Below are positions 49,600-60,000 of a stretch of 60,000 bases of DNA, in pieces. The stretch covers positions 75,332,001 to 75,392,000 of the forward strand of contig NC_045696.1 in NCBI RefSeq assembly GCF_009834535.1. The letters are read 5' to 3'. Both the position numbers and the translations under genes were made by a program. How positions within the stretch are numbered: the stretch's first letter is position 1; each line of letters starts with the position of its first letter. Source of the stretch: Camelus ferus. Lineage: Eukaryota. The notes under the pieces are model-generated. The model saw only the letters and a list, made by a program, of their open reading frames with translations, was not told where the DNA came from and did not search any database.

Positions 49600-51640
49600 T
49601 CAGAGAGCTAGGTTCTTCTTTTGGCTGTACCATTTATTAGTTATATGAACTTGAGCAAATAATTTTCTGAGACTCAACATTGAGGATAATGCTTTTCCCC
49701 CCTGCCTTCTTTGAGTTTGTGGTTAGAATTAAACAAAATAGTAATGAAATATGCATCATAAAATTTAAAGTGCATAGTGATGGTGTTGGTGGGTAAGCTC
49801 TCTGAAGTCAGCTTTCCACTTGTTTAAATACTTACCAAACAGCCACTGTGACCAGGTACTATGCTAGGCACTCAGTACAATGATCAACACAACCTCTACC
49901 TCTCAGGGACAGATTATGTCCCTGAAGAAGAGATGGGGAGGAAGGTTCTAAACAAGTTATTACACAACAAATGGCAGTTTTCAGTTAAACTACACTTACT
50001 ACCTGCCCATCTTGTTCTAAGTGTTTAACTTATTTAATCCTTGTAACAACTCTGTGAGAGAAGAAATGATATCATTCCATTTTACAGATGAGGAAATCGA
50101 GGTCCAGAGGGATTAAACAACTTGCTTCAGGAGTCTCATATCTAGTGTCAGAGCCAAGAAAATAACCCAGTCGTTCTGACTCTAGACTCCATGCTTATGC
50201 AGATGATCACTATATTAAACTACCCCCCACAGGTGACTTGGTACATCTGATGAGTGAGAGCAGTCACTCCTGAATTCCATAGTTAACTACATCTCTGATC
50301 TTTAGTTCCCTCACCTGGAAAATAGGAGATAATACTAATACTTATTTTGAGAATAAGATGAGATAATATTTGTAAAGGACTTAACACAGTAACTGACATC
50401 ATAAACGCACAATAAATGTTAGTTTTACCTATCGATTATGATAAAAACAATGAAAAAATGTGCAGGGTGCTTTCAGGAAGTAAAACAGGAAGACCTGGTC
50501 TAGACTGGCTGAAAGGAGCAGGACAGTACTCCTGGAAGAAATACTTAGGCTGAGACCCAAAGGATGAAGTAAGAACAAAGGAGTCAGAAGGAGAAGGGTT
50601 GAGGGAGCAAGATGTGGGCAAGAAGGCCTTTAGCTCTTTCCAGGAGCAGAGGGCAAGCCAGTGTGGCCGAAATGGATGGAGCAAAAGAAGCAGGAGTGGG
50701 GAGTCAGGCTGGAGCAGTGAAGAGGGGAACTTCTTCTCCATCTGTTCCTCCCCTGTCATTTCTACTGCCATCATGCTAATTCGAGCCCTATTATCTCAGG
50801 CCTAAATTAGTTCAATGACTTTGTAATTATTCTTCCTGTCTCTCCTCCCTTGCATCTTCCATTCATTGTGTATATATATGGCAGATTAAGGCCTAATGCA
50901 TTTCTTTGATCATGGCACTGTCCTACCAAAAAACCTTCAAAAGTTTGCCAGTCTGTCAGACTCTAAACTCCTTAATCAAGCAAGCAATGGCATTGCCAAA
51001 CGGGCTTCCACCTGTTCTGGGACTTTTCTCTCACAACTTCCTTTCAAATGCCCAAAACTTTTTATCAGTCTTGCTCTCTTTACCTTTCCCTGCCTGGAGT
51101 GCATCCCCCCCCCGACTTTGTTTCCAGTCTGGACCTATGTAAGTCCTACTTATCTTTCAGTGTCTGTTTCAAATGTTATCTTTTCCTAGGTCATGCCAGC
51201 CAGGAATCATGTCCTTGTACTTAAAATGCTATATCTTTTTTATTGTATTTCCTGGATATAACTTCTAAAAACATGACAAAAATAAAAATATTGTTTATTT
51301 TCAAAACTATGCATAAAAAAGTAAAACAAAAATCATCCTACTACTCAATCTAGCTATTGTTAGCATTTGGGCATATTTTTTCTAGTGGCACATTGAAGAT
51401 TGAGAACTTAATTCTTACATACCTTTCATTATAATCTCATGTACATAAAAAGTATTTGAAAATATTATTTTAAGGGCTGCACAATATTTGAGTGTAGGAA
51501 TATACCACAGCATATATAACCCCATGGGAGTTCATAAAAACAGTCAATGAGAATTCCTATCTCCTAGGGTTGCCGTGAAGATTAAATGAGACATTTATTA
51601 AAGCTCTTACTTAAGACATGGCAGATGCTCAATAAATGAT
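49600..51640. mobile_element. Dense mosaic of MIR, L2 and old L1 fragments
   Basis: MIR cores at about 49600-49770, 49990-50200 (ccattttacagatgaggaaatcgagg), 50270-50425 and 51545-51640; L2 pieces about 50440-51200; L1ME-like about 51260-51520. Confidence 0.7.
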
Positions 51641-52023
51641 GACCATTGTTCCTTTTATTTTGCCAGAAAATTTCCCCACAATTTATCTGCTCTCAGCTGA
51701 GAGGTAGAGCATGTAGTGGGAAAGGAAGAGGATGCTTGTATGTAAGGGACTCCTCTGTACCTCTGAAAGTAATCATGGTTTTGCGTATGAGAAACAGAAG
51801 GTTCCTGTTTCTCTCACAAGAAAATGACTCTTAAATAGTGATGACATTTCTTTGGAAAAACACAGTGATTTAAAAAAAATAACAAACACTATTAAAAGCA
51901 AATATTCAAAAATCCTAGTAATTCTATATCATAAGAATTTGTATAATTCTTACTTGTTTCTATGTTCCTTTTAGAATATACACACACAAACCAAGAATCA
52001 CCATAAAAATTCCAATATCTAAG

Positions 52024-52052
52024 TAAACAAACAAACAAACAAACAAACAAAA
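52024..52052 (+). repeat. (AAAC)n microsatellite
   Basis: aaacaaacaaacaaacaaacaaacaaaa. Confidence 0.95.
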
Positions 52053-54859
52053 ATATGACTGCTTCTCCTGCCCTGTGCAATACATATTCCCCCATTTCCC
52101 CAGTGAGAGAGATGGATGTCTATCTAGTTCTAAAATCTCTCTGGGAAAGAAAATGGAATTTTTCCTCTGGTCATCCACTGCACCTGGTCCAATGAGAAAG
52201 GAATGGGTTGGAGATAAGATAGCTAGGTTCCATTTTCCATTTTCACAAATCATTTGGTGTAAATCTGTAGGCATATCATGAGAGCTTATTCTCTTCTTCA
52301 ATTTTTCCATCTATGAAATGGGAATTATCAAACCAATCCTACATATAGTTCAGGGTTGTTCTATCCAGAGAATAAGAAAGAACGTGAGCATTTCAACTTT
52401 AACACTAGGTCCTGACAGATCAAATGATTTTTACCAGCCTGTGGGTGAAATTGTAAAACCCTTCTTTCTAGCTCTTCCCAAACCATTTTGCTGTTAGTTG
52501 TTTTCCTTTAGAAGTTTGAATTTAATTTTCTTATCTTGTCTATTTTGCTCATACCTCCCTTTGAGCCTCTATATCCAGTGACTATACTTTTATCTCCTCA
52601 AAATATATTTTCATGTTTGTTTAGAATTATTCATAGCATGGACCCATACTTTTAAGTTCTCCTACTCCCTTTGTATTCTGTGTGTCTCCCACTACATCCA
52701 TATTCACATTTTATTTATAGGAGAACTCTAGAACTACCACAGGTATGACATTCCTGTAAGCTGAGTAGCAACACACATCCCACGTACGTTGGAATACTCT
52801 TTTCATTAAAGCCTTTAAAGAAAATCTGGTTTTAAAGGACAGTGTTAACAAGATTCCAGAGCATAGAAGAAAGTTACTCATGTTAGATATTCACTGGTTT
52901 AACCTCAGAAATTATGAATGCTTTCTTTGTTTTCAGTATTTGCTGATAAATCAACTTGCAAACCTGGCACATATGAACACACATTTTCTGCGCATGTTTT
53001 GAAGGACTGATGCAAACTGAAGAGATCATTGCATTGACTTTATTCTCAACCTTGTTGATCCTATATAGAAATTCTCAACTAAAATACAATGCTTCCATTG
53101 CTGAGAATGAAAAACAAACCGCTCTAATTATAGGCCTGAAATGTGGACACTTTAGGAACAAGAAGTGAGCAGCTGTTACAACCAGAGGTTTGAAGAGGCT
53201 CTAAGGGAAAGGAATTTTAAACATGCGGTAATATACCTCACCCACAGTCTTTCTTGCCATTTAATTTCTTCATTTATTACCTGTTTCCCCTCAGTCATCC
53301 CATACACGTCAGATTCTTTAGAACTTAGTCGAAAGATCTTTCTTCTACGAAATCTATTGTGCTGTCCCTTTCCATGCACCTAACTCACCATTGGTTTCTG
53401 TGTTCCATCCTTAGTGTCACGTTCACCTCTCTGTAAGAGCCATGTGCTGCAGTGGAAATAGCACTGGTCCTAAATCTGACTCTGGATCTCATCCTAAAAA
53501 GCTACTTGAAAGTAGCCAAAGTATTCAATCTTTTAGGACTTCCTTTTATTTATCAGTAAAACGAGTGGGTTGAATTTGATAACGTCTAAGTTTCTGTCAA
53601 CCTTATGATTCTGTTAGTGATAAGCTATTATATTAGAGTTATCAGTATAATGTGTCATGTTTACAGAATTCTTAGGCTAGCCAGGGCCTTAGAGATCATC
53701 TAACCAAATTGGGTAATTTTACTTGTTAGGAAACTGATAGATTAAGTAATTTACTTTGCATCAAATAAGTTAGCCACCAATGGGATCACATTCTGGACTT
53801 TCTCATAAGGCAAATAACTTTAAGTTATTTGTTGCTAACAAATCAGATGAATGATATAGTAAGGGGAATGCTAGCAGGTATTAGTTAAAATGAGAATTTT
53901 TTGGATTTCTCTAAGTTTAAAAATCAAATATTGTCAACCCAAACTTGTGAATTACATTTATAATTTTTCAGTTTATTAAAAAATCCATAAAACATTTAAA
54001 CTCATATTCGAATTCTTGAACTTAAACTATAGGGCACACTTAGGTTATGAGCAGAGAGTAAAATGCTGCTGGCTGTGTGCTATAAAATATTCATGGTTCT
54101 GGGTGTTTTCCCCCCAGGTTTCATCTCTTCTTTCAGCATGTTTCTGTATTGAATGATAATTCAGTTAACCTCTGTTTGTGGTGTTAGCTTTCCTATTTTG
54201 GAATTAATTTTATAACTTCTCTGGATATATCTTACTTAGTCTGTCTTGTCCCCATGCTGTTCTCCCACTTCATTCCAGCTGCATGTCTGTTCTATGGTCT
54301 GGTTCTCTCACCCCCAGGCAGTGCTTTCATTTAACAGGGAACAGCACTCCCATTTGCTTTGCCCCAGAGGGCTAATACTGTTAGAAAGGGGTGGGCAGGG
54401 ATGAAGGCATGTTGAGGATGCGGTGATGAGAGAAAAAGAGCAGAAATAAGATGCTCCTAAGGGAAAGAAGTGAGCAGAGTCATAGCTGTCGGGCCAGCCT
54501 GCTGAGTTTCTCCAAAAAAAGGTTGCCACAGCTGTCCTGAAATGGCTCTGCGTCTCCTCGGTGTGAAGACTCTTGTTCTGAGGCTTTGAACTATGTTACA
54601 GGAACTCTCTTGCTTTCAGACCAATATATGTGCAATGTCAGTTTCACTTACCAGCGTCCGAGTTTGCTTTCACACAGACATGACATTTTCAAAAGTCCCC
54701 ATACATAGAATTAAGGTACTTAAACTAAAGGATCAGCAGTTGAATTTCCAATTCACAATAGAATTTCAACTGTGCAGAATATGGTCTCATCAGCTTGGTA
54801 CTACATCCAGCTACCCCTCAACTACAGCATCCTCCCTAAGTCCACAACATTGCTCGTTC

Positions 54860-56140
54860 CTAAAGCCGGTGGATGCCTGTGACCCTGTCTTGTTTGTCCT
54901 CTCCATTTGTAGAGCACTCTCTCCTTCTGCACTAATTCTCTCTCCTATTCTGTGCATTTCTCGAGCATTTCTGGTTGCCTCTCTGACTGTTTTGGTCTCC
55001 CTTTTTGGCTTTTATGTTTGCTCATTCCTTAAACTATTTGTCTGTTTATTTTCTGTTTCTTTGTTTTATTTTCCTTTCAAGATTTGGTTCTCAGCTGCTT
55101 CTTTTCTTATTTACACGTTCTCTCTGGGCCATTACTACAGCTTCAATCTCTATCTCTAATGCTTATGCCATACCTTCCCAGAATCTTACTTAGCTTGTGT
55201 CTCTAGCCTTTCAAAATTTCCTTTGGCTCCTAAATAACATACATTTGATATCTACTTTTGAAATAACATCCATTTAATTACTTCTTACTTAGGTGACCCA
55301 TAAGCACCATTCTCAAGACCCAAATGTCATTTTCTGCCCCAAATCTGGTTCTCCTTTCCTCCCTATCTTAGGGAATAACACAATCCTTCTGGCTCTACAC
55401 TCTGGACACTCCGTTGCCTTTGATACGCAGTTGGTCATTGAGAACTGTCAGTTCTACAGTCTCGATACCTCTCCATCACCACTCCTACCTCTCTAGTCCA
55501 GGCTGCTGCCATTTTTACTATAATGGCCATTTTAGGGGGATGTGCTTCAATCCCCAACTCCACTATATTAGTGGTCAGTATGTGGTCCCCAGACCAGTTA
55601 CATCAACATCACTTGGGAGCTTATTTGAAATACAAATTCTCTAGAGCTTAAACATCATAAACTCTTTAGTTGGGCCTACCTATCTGTGCTTTAACAAGCC
55701 TTCCAGGTGACTTTGGTGCTTACTAAAGTGTAAAAGCCTCACTAACCTCATTTCCTGACTCATTTCATGTTTATCCTACGGAACTACCGTCTTTTACCCA
55801 CCATGCCAACCTCTACTGCCACAGGGCCTTTGTACATGCTACTTCCTCCTCCTCCTCCCCTGGCTGACTCCTTCTCATCCTTCAGGCTCTACTGAGATGC
55901 CACTTCCCCTGGAGAGCCTCCCCCAATACCCAAAGATCAAGTAGGGGCTTGTCCTAGGTGTCCCACAGTGTTCTGTGGCAAAACCTACTTCTCACTGACT
56001 TCCTTTAATCACAACTGCCAGTAACTTGCCTATCACATCCTCTAGAAAATGCTGGAGGATTTGGATCATGTTTATTCTATTCACTAAATCTTTCCTTGCA
56101 ACCAGGATTATTCTAGGCACATCGTAGGTGATCTAGAAAA
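54860..56140 (+). mobile_element. L2 fragments interrupted by MER5A (about 55565-55740)
   Basis: L2-like ctccttctcatccttcaggctc...gcacatcgtaggtg; MER5A tgtggtccccagaccag...catcacttgggagcttatttgaaatacaaattct...tttaacaagccttccaggtgact. Confidence 0.7.
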
Positions 56141-57219
56141 AAGAGTTTTGGACAAACCATTCTGGTTTGAGGCCTGCTTCACTCTGACTTCATGCTGCCC
56201 TACAGCTACAGGTTGAACCTACTCCAGACTGGTGATTTTTTCTGATCCCCCAAACCTACTCTTTACCCATTCCAGGCCTCTGCCATGCCAGCTAATGCAT
56301 CTGAGCTGATGACTAGGATGTTATCCTTGATCCATCCTTCTCACGCCCTCCTCCCCCCAACCATATCACAACAGTCAGGAGGCCCACTGAGGAAAAATTA
56401 TGCAGCGGTCTGTTATTAACTACAGAGAGACCTAATAGTTCAGTCTGGCAGAAAACCCTTCAAGTCAGCCACTCTCCTCCATTCTTTGCCAAGGCTACTC
56501 AAGGTAGGCAGGCAATTACTGGCCAGATATTTGCATAATGGCTTCTTTTTGTTGCCTTTGTTCTTTCCTGGTCCCAACTAATTCCTTGAGAGCAGCACTG
56601 TTAGTTCACTTCTGATAGGAACCTTCTATACTGATAAGTAAAATTTAGGTAATGGAGAATTTTCTGGTGGTGCTGTAAGTTTTGGAATTGCAGAGAAGGA
56701 GACGAGACCCCCAGGCAAGAGAGAATAAGGAAACTTTCTGTATACTTTCTTTATCCTGTGACTTAAAAGGAGGGGCCTTAGTGAGAAGAGGCCTTGAAAA
56801 TAATGTAAGTTTTTACTTTTCTATAATTATTCTAGCAGCTTTCCTTCTAAGTCAGCTGCGGACAGGGACATTCACTGACCCTAAGATTATGCTATCCAGA
56901 GAGTTTTGTGTTATTTTCATACAACCTAGAAGCCTCTACAGGGCCACAATAATTAAAGATGTTTGGGAGGGAGATTCCAGAGACCTTAACACATAACCTT
57001 CTTAACCTCTCTTATCTGCTTCTGCCTCAATTCCTACAATTTCTGTCCTGTGGTCCCTCCCCTACCACCCTCCTCTCTGTCCAAAGCACTAGAGATTCCT
57101 CTCTCTCAACTTTAAAAATAAATTCTTATGTGGAACTTTATAAAATGGATAAAGCTCCTTTTTATAAGAATACATTTATTTCCCAATGTGTAGCTTTAAT
57201 TTATTAAAAGTCAATGTAT

Positions 57220-57766
57220 TCCTCAAAAAATTAAAAGTAGAATTACCATATGATTCCACAATCTCACATCAGGATGTATATCCCAAAGAACGGAAAGCAG
57301 AGTTTTGAAAAGATACTTCAGTGTATCTCCATGTTCAAAGCAGCACTATTCACAATAGCCAAGAGGGGAAAGCAACCCAGATGTCCATCAACAGACAAAT
57401 GGATAACAAAATGTTTCTGTACAGGTATGTACATACAGTGGAATATTATTTAGCCTTAAAAAGGAGGGAAATTCTGACATATGCTATACATTAATAAATC
57501 TGAGGACATTATGTTAAGTGAAATAGGCTAGTCACAAGAAGGCAAACACTATGATTCTGCTGTATCTAGAGTAGTCGACAGGAAAAATGGTTGCTGGAGA
57601 ATGGAGTTATTTAATGGGAATAGAGTTTCAGTTGCAAAATGAAAAAGTTCTGGGGATGGGTTGCACAACAATAAGAATATACTTAACACCACTAAATTGT
57701 ACACTTAAAAATGGTTAAAATGGTCAATTTTATCTTATATGGATTTTGCCACAATATTTTTTTTAG
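57220..57766 (+). mobile_element. 5'-truncated L1MB 3' end with TSD
   Basis: ttcctcaaaaaattaaaagtagaattaccatatga...gcactattcacaatagccaagag...tgtacacttaaaaatggttaaaatgg; TSD aaagtcaatgtat (57207) / aaagtaagtgtat (57767). Confidence 0.9.
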
Positions 57767-58199
57767 AAAGTAAGTGTATAAGAGAAACAAGGTCAATGTT
57801 TGAGTTTGAGAAACACAAATACTTGAAATCTGAGGTCATGGCTGGCCATTCATTTTTAACATTCAGCATGTGTTCTGATTGGGTTGTATCATTTTAAAAA
57901 AAAAGTCTGGTAGCCTAGTGACTTTTTTTTTTTTTTTTAAAACAACTTGCCATATAATCCCAGGCTGTTTAACTATTAAAGATTTCAGGAGAATAAGGAA
58001 TTAAATTGGAAACATAAATTCAACCTTTGCTGACGTGTTAAAATTTTTTCTACATCACATTGGATTTTTTTTTTTGGTCAATTATTCTTTTTAACAGTAA
58101 TTAAATAGTCCTAAAAATAAATAGAAAGCAAATGCTTTGTAACTCCTACAAAAGCTGCATAAAACCCTAGAGTTTTGGTGAACCACAACGTGAACACCA

Positions 58200-58800
58200 C
58201 TGCTCTAGGAGACTATGCCCGTGTCCTGCCTGGTTTGCATCTCTCTCCATCAATTCTCCACACGTCTGCTAGACTCACTTTTCTGAGACGCAGAACTGAC
58301 CTTGACATTTCTCTGCTTGAACATTCTCAGCATAACTTTATCCCTGTAGTGTGGAGCCCAGCCCCAGCTGCACCTGGTTAGCATTGAAAATTGCCACTTC
58401 AGGAAGTTCCCCAAATCAAATAAATCGAATCTCTTAGGATGGGGTCTGGGTATATTTCAGAAGCTCCTCAAGTGTAATGTGCAGCCAGAATTGAGAAGCA
58501 CTGACTTACAGGAAAGTGTACACACTCCTTAACATGCCTCACAAGACCCTCAGGATTTCATCTTTCCCCAGTTGTGCTTAACATCAACATGGCCCTGCAT
58601 ATCTCTGATCAAATGAGATTCCCTGGGCATGTGCTCACTCTCACCCTTTCCTCTCCTGCTTGGGCTGCTCCCTCTGACTCTGGCCTTTTCATTCTTTCCC
58701 CTGACAGACTGACATTCCACCTTGAAAACACAGCTCAAGTATCACCAATTTCATGTTGGTTCTTCCCTTCCCTTACCCCTTCCTACCTCTTTCTTCTGAC
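58200..58800 (+). mobile_element. L2 fragment interrupted by a MER5-like element (about 58370-58505)
   Basis: L2 tctctccatcaattctccacacgtctgctaga; MER5 aatcgaatctcttaggatggggtctggg...tgtgcagccagaattgagaagcactg. Confidence 0.7.
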
Positions 58801-60000
58801 AAATGAGCAAACTCTACTGTAATCATAGCTTTTCCTTCTTACCTCTGCCTCACTGTCTTGTTTATTATTGATGTGCATCCCTGCGATAAGTTTCCTTACC
58901 CAAATGAATGACTGAACAAATGGATGAATAAAGAGAACATCTATCAGTTCCGTGAAAATTCTGATCACTTGATCTCTATCTATCAATTTATATTCTGTAG
59001 TACTTTACAGATGTTAATTATCTACAATTTGCATATCAGAAAAGTGCCTCTGGGTAGTTATCACTTGATTGGACTCAAACCTAGAGTCCTCTGTAAATCC
59101 CAAGCTCATCTCACCAAACCCTTTTTTACCTGGAACTACTCTTTGGGTTCAGGTTGAGAGAGTGTAGCTAAACGGTCAAATAATCTGAGCTCATGACTAT
59201 GTACTGTGTAGAGAGTTTGAAGCTGGTGTCAGACTCTAATTAGAAACTTGAGGTCTGTATACCTTGTCTGTTGTCCTGTTGTATTTCTCCAGATTCCTTG
59301 TCATCAAAATACTGTCCCTCTAGAAGTTTGAAAATCTGAGTTCTTGTCAAGACTTCATGATTTGATTTTCCTGCCATTTCTTTCCCCTCCAAATTTTAAC
59401 ATTGGGAATATTGCAGAGCCAACACAAAAGGGGGAATTGCAGCCAAGGAAATTGTAAACAGGGCCAATTAGTATAGCTCAAAGAGGGAAAAGTGAAAACC
59501 GGTGTCTAAATACCTTACCCATAACCATGTAAAACACAACCCGTGGCAGGATAATGAGTGGGGATGGCACATTGTTCAAATACATGTATGTGAAATTCCT
59601 GACTTGGCAGTACTCCAGCACCTCCAGTATTTTTACTTCAGGAGTCTGAGTACAATTCATAGTGAAAGCTGTGTTTGTTGTATCACTGTGTCAGTAGTGG
59701 AAATGACAATGTGACTTTGTCCCCACTCATGCTTTGCATGCCAATTTTATCTCAAACGAAACTTTCCATTTGATTATTCAGTGGACCTTGCGGTGCAAAC
59801 TCAGTGTTGTGCACATTTCATGAGGAATGAACCTGGAGAGAGGCAAATGGCTTTCGGGTGCCTGCACACTTATCAGTGAGCTTTACTTTTCCCAGTGCTG
59901 TGTCCTGTGGATCATTTTCTCCTTCATAATGATGATAATGGAAATAAACTTTAAACTAGACGTTAATGGAATTGTTACTGAGCTGCAAGTTGTGTATCTT

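Noticed and set aside
54593..55159. Longest ORF (188 aa)
   Set aside because: Its F/L/S-rich second half is T-rich L2-derived sequence; no recognisable domain.
3660..59055. Several ATTTGCAT octamer and TGAGTCA AP-1 motifs
   Set aside because: Scattered at roughly chance frequency for AT-rich DNA.
1..60000. Prokaryote-style systems (operons, CRISPR, defence islands) or a nameable host gene
   Set aside because: The sequence is mammalian non-coding DNA with no recognisable coding exon; naming a gene or system would be unsupported.

Overview
Mammalian (probably laurasiatherian) genomic DNA, AT-rich and strongly CpG-depleted, most likely intronic or intergenic. I recognise no protein-coding gene, RNA gene or CRISPR array. 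The supplied ORFs are chance ORFs or decayed L1/L2 remnants. Much of the window is ancient interspersed repeat: many MIRs, L2 fragments (one about 2.4 kb), old L1 pieces, MaLR/ERV solo LTRs and hAT-Charlie MERs, often nested with target-site duplications (TSDs) still visible. I saw no young lineage-specific SINE. The unique intervals contain a few isolated exon-like segments with good splice sites (+ strand about 4.6 kb and 40.3 kb; - strand about 6.4 kb and 15.2 kb) and some enhancer-like motif clusters. The host gene cannot be named from sequence alone. I found no convincing new biological system. The most interesting items are retrotransposition fossils (an apparent L1 3' transduction at a twice-used target site, an internally deleted L1, a twin-priming inversion) and candidate unannotated exons. 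Repeat names come from recalled consensus similarity, and boundaries are approximate unless a TSD is quoted.
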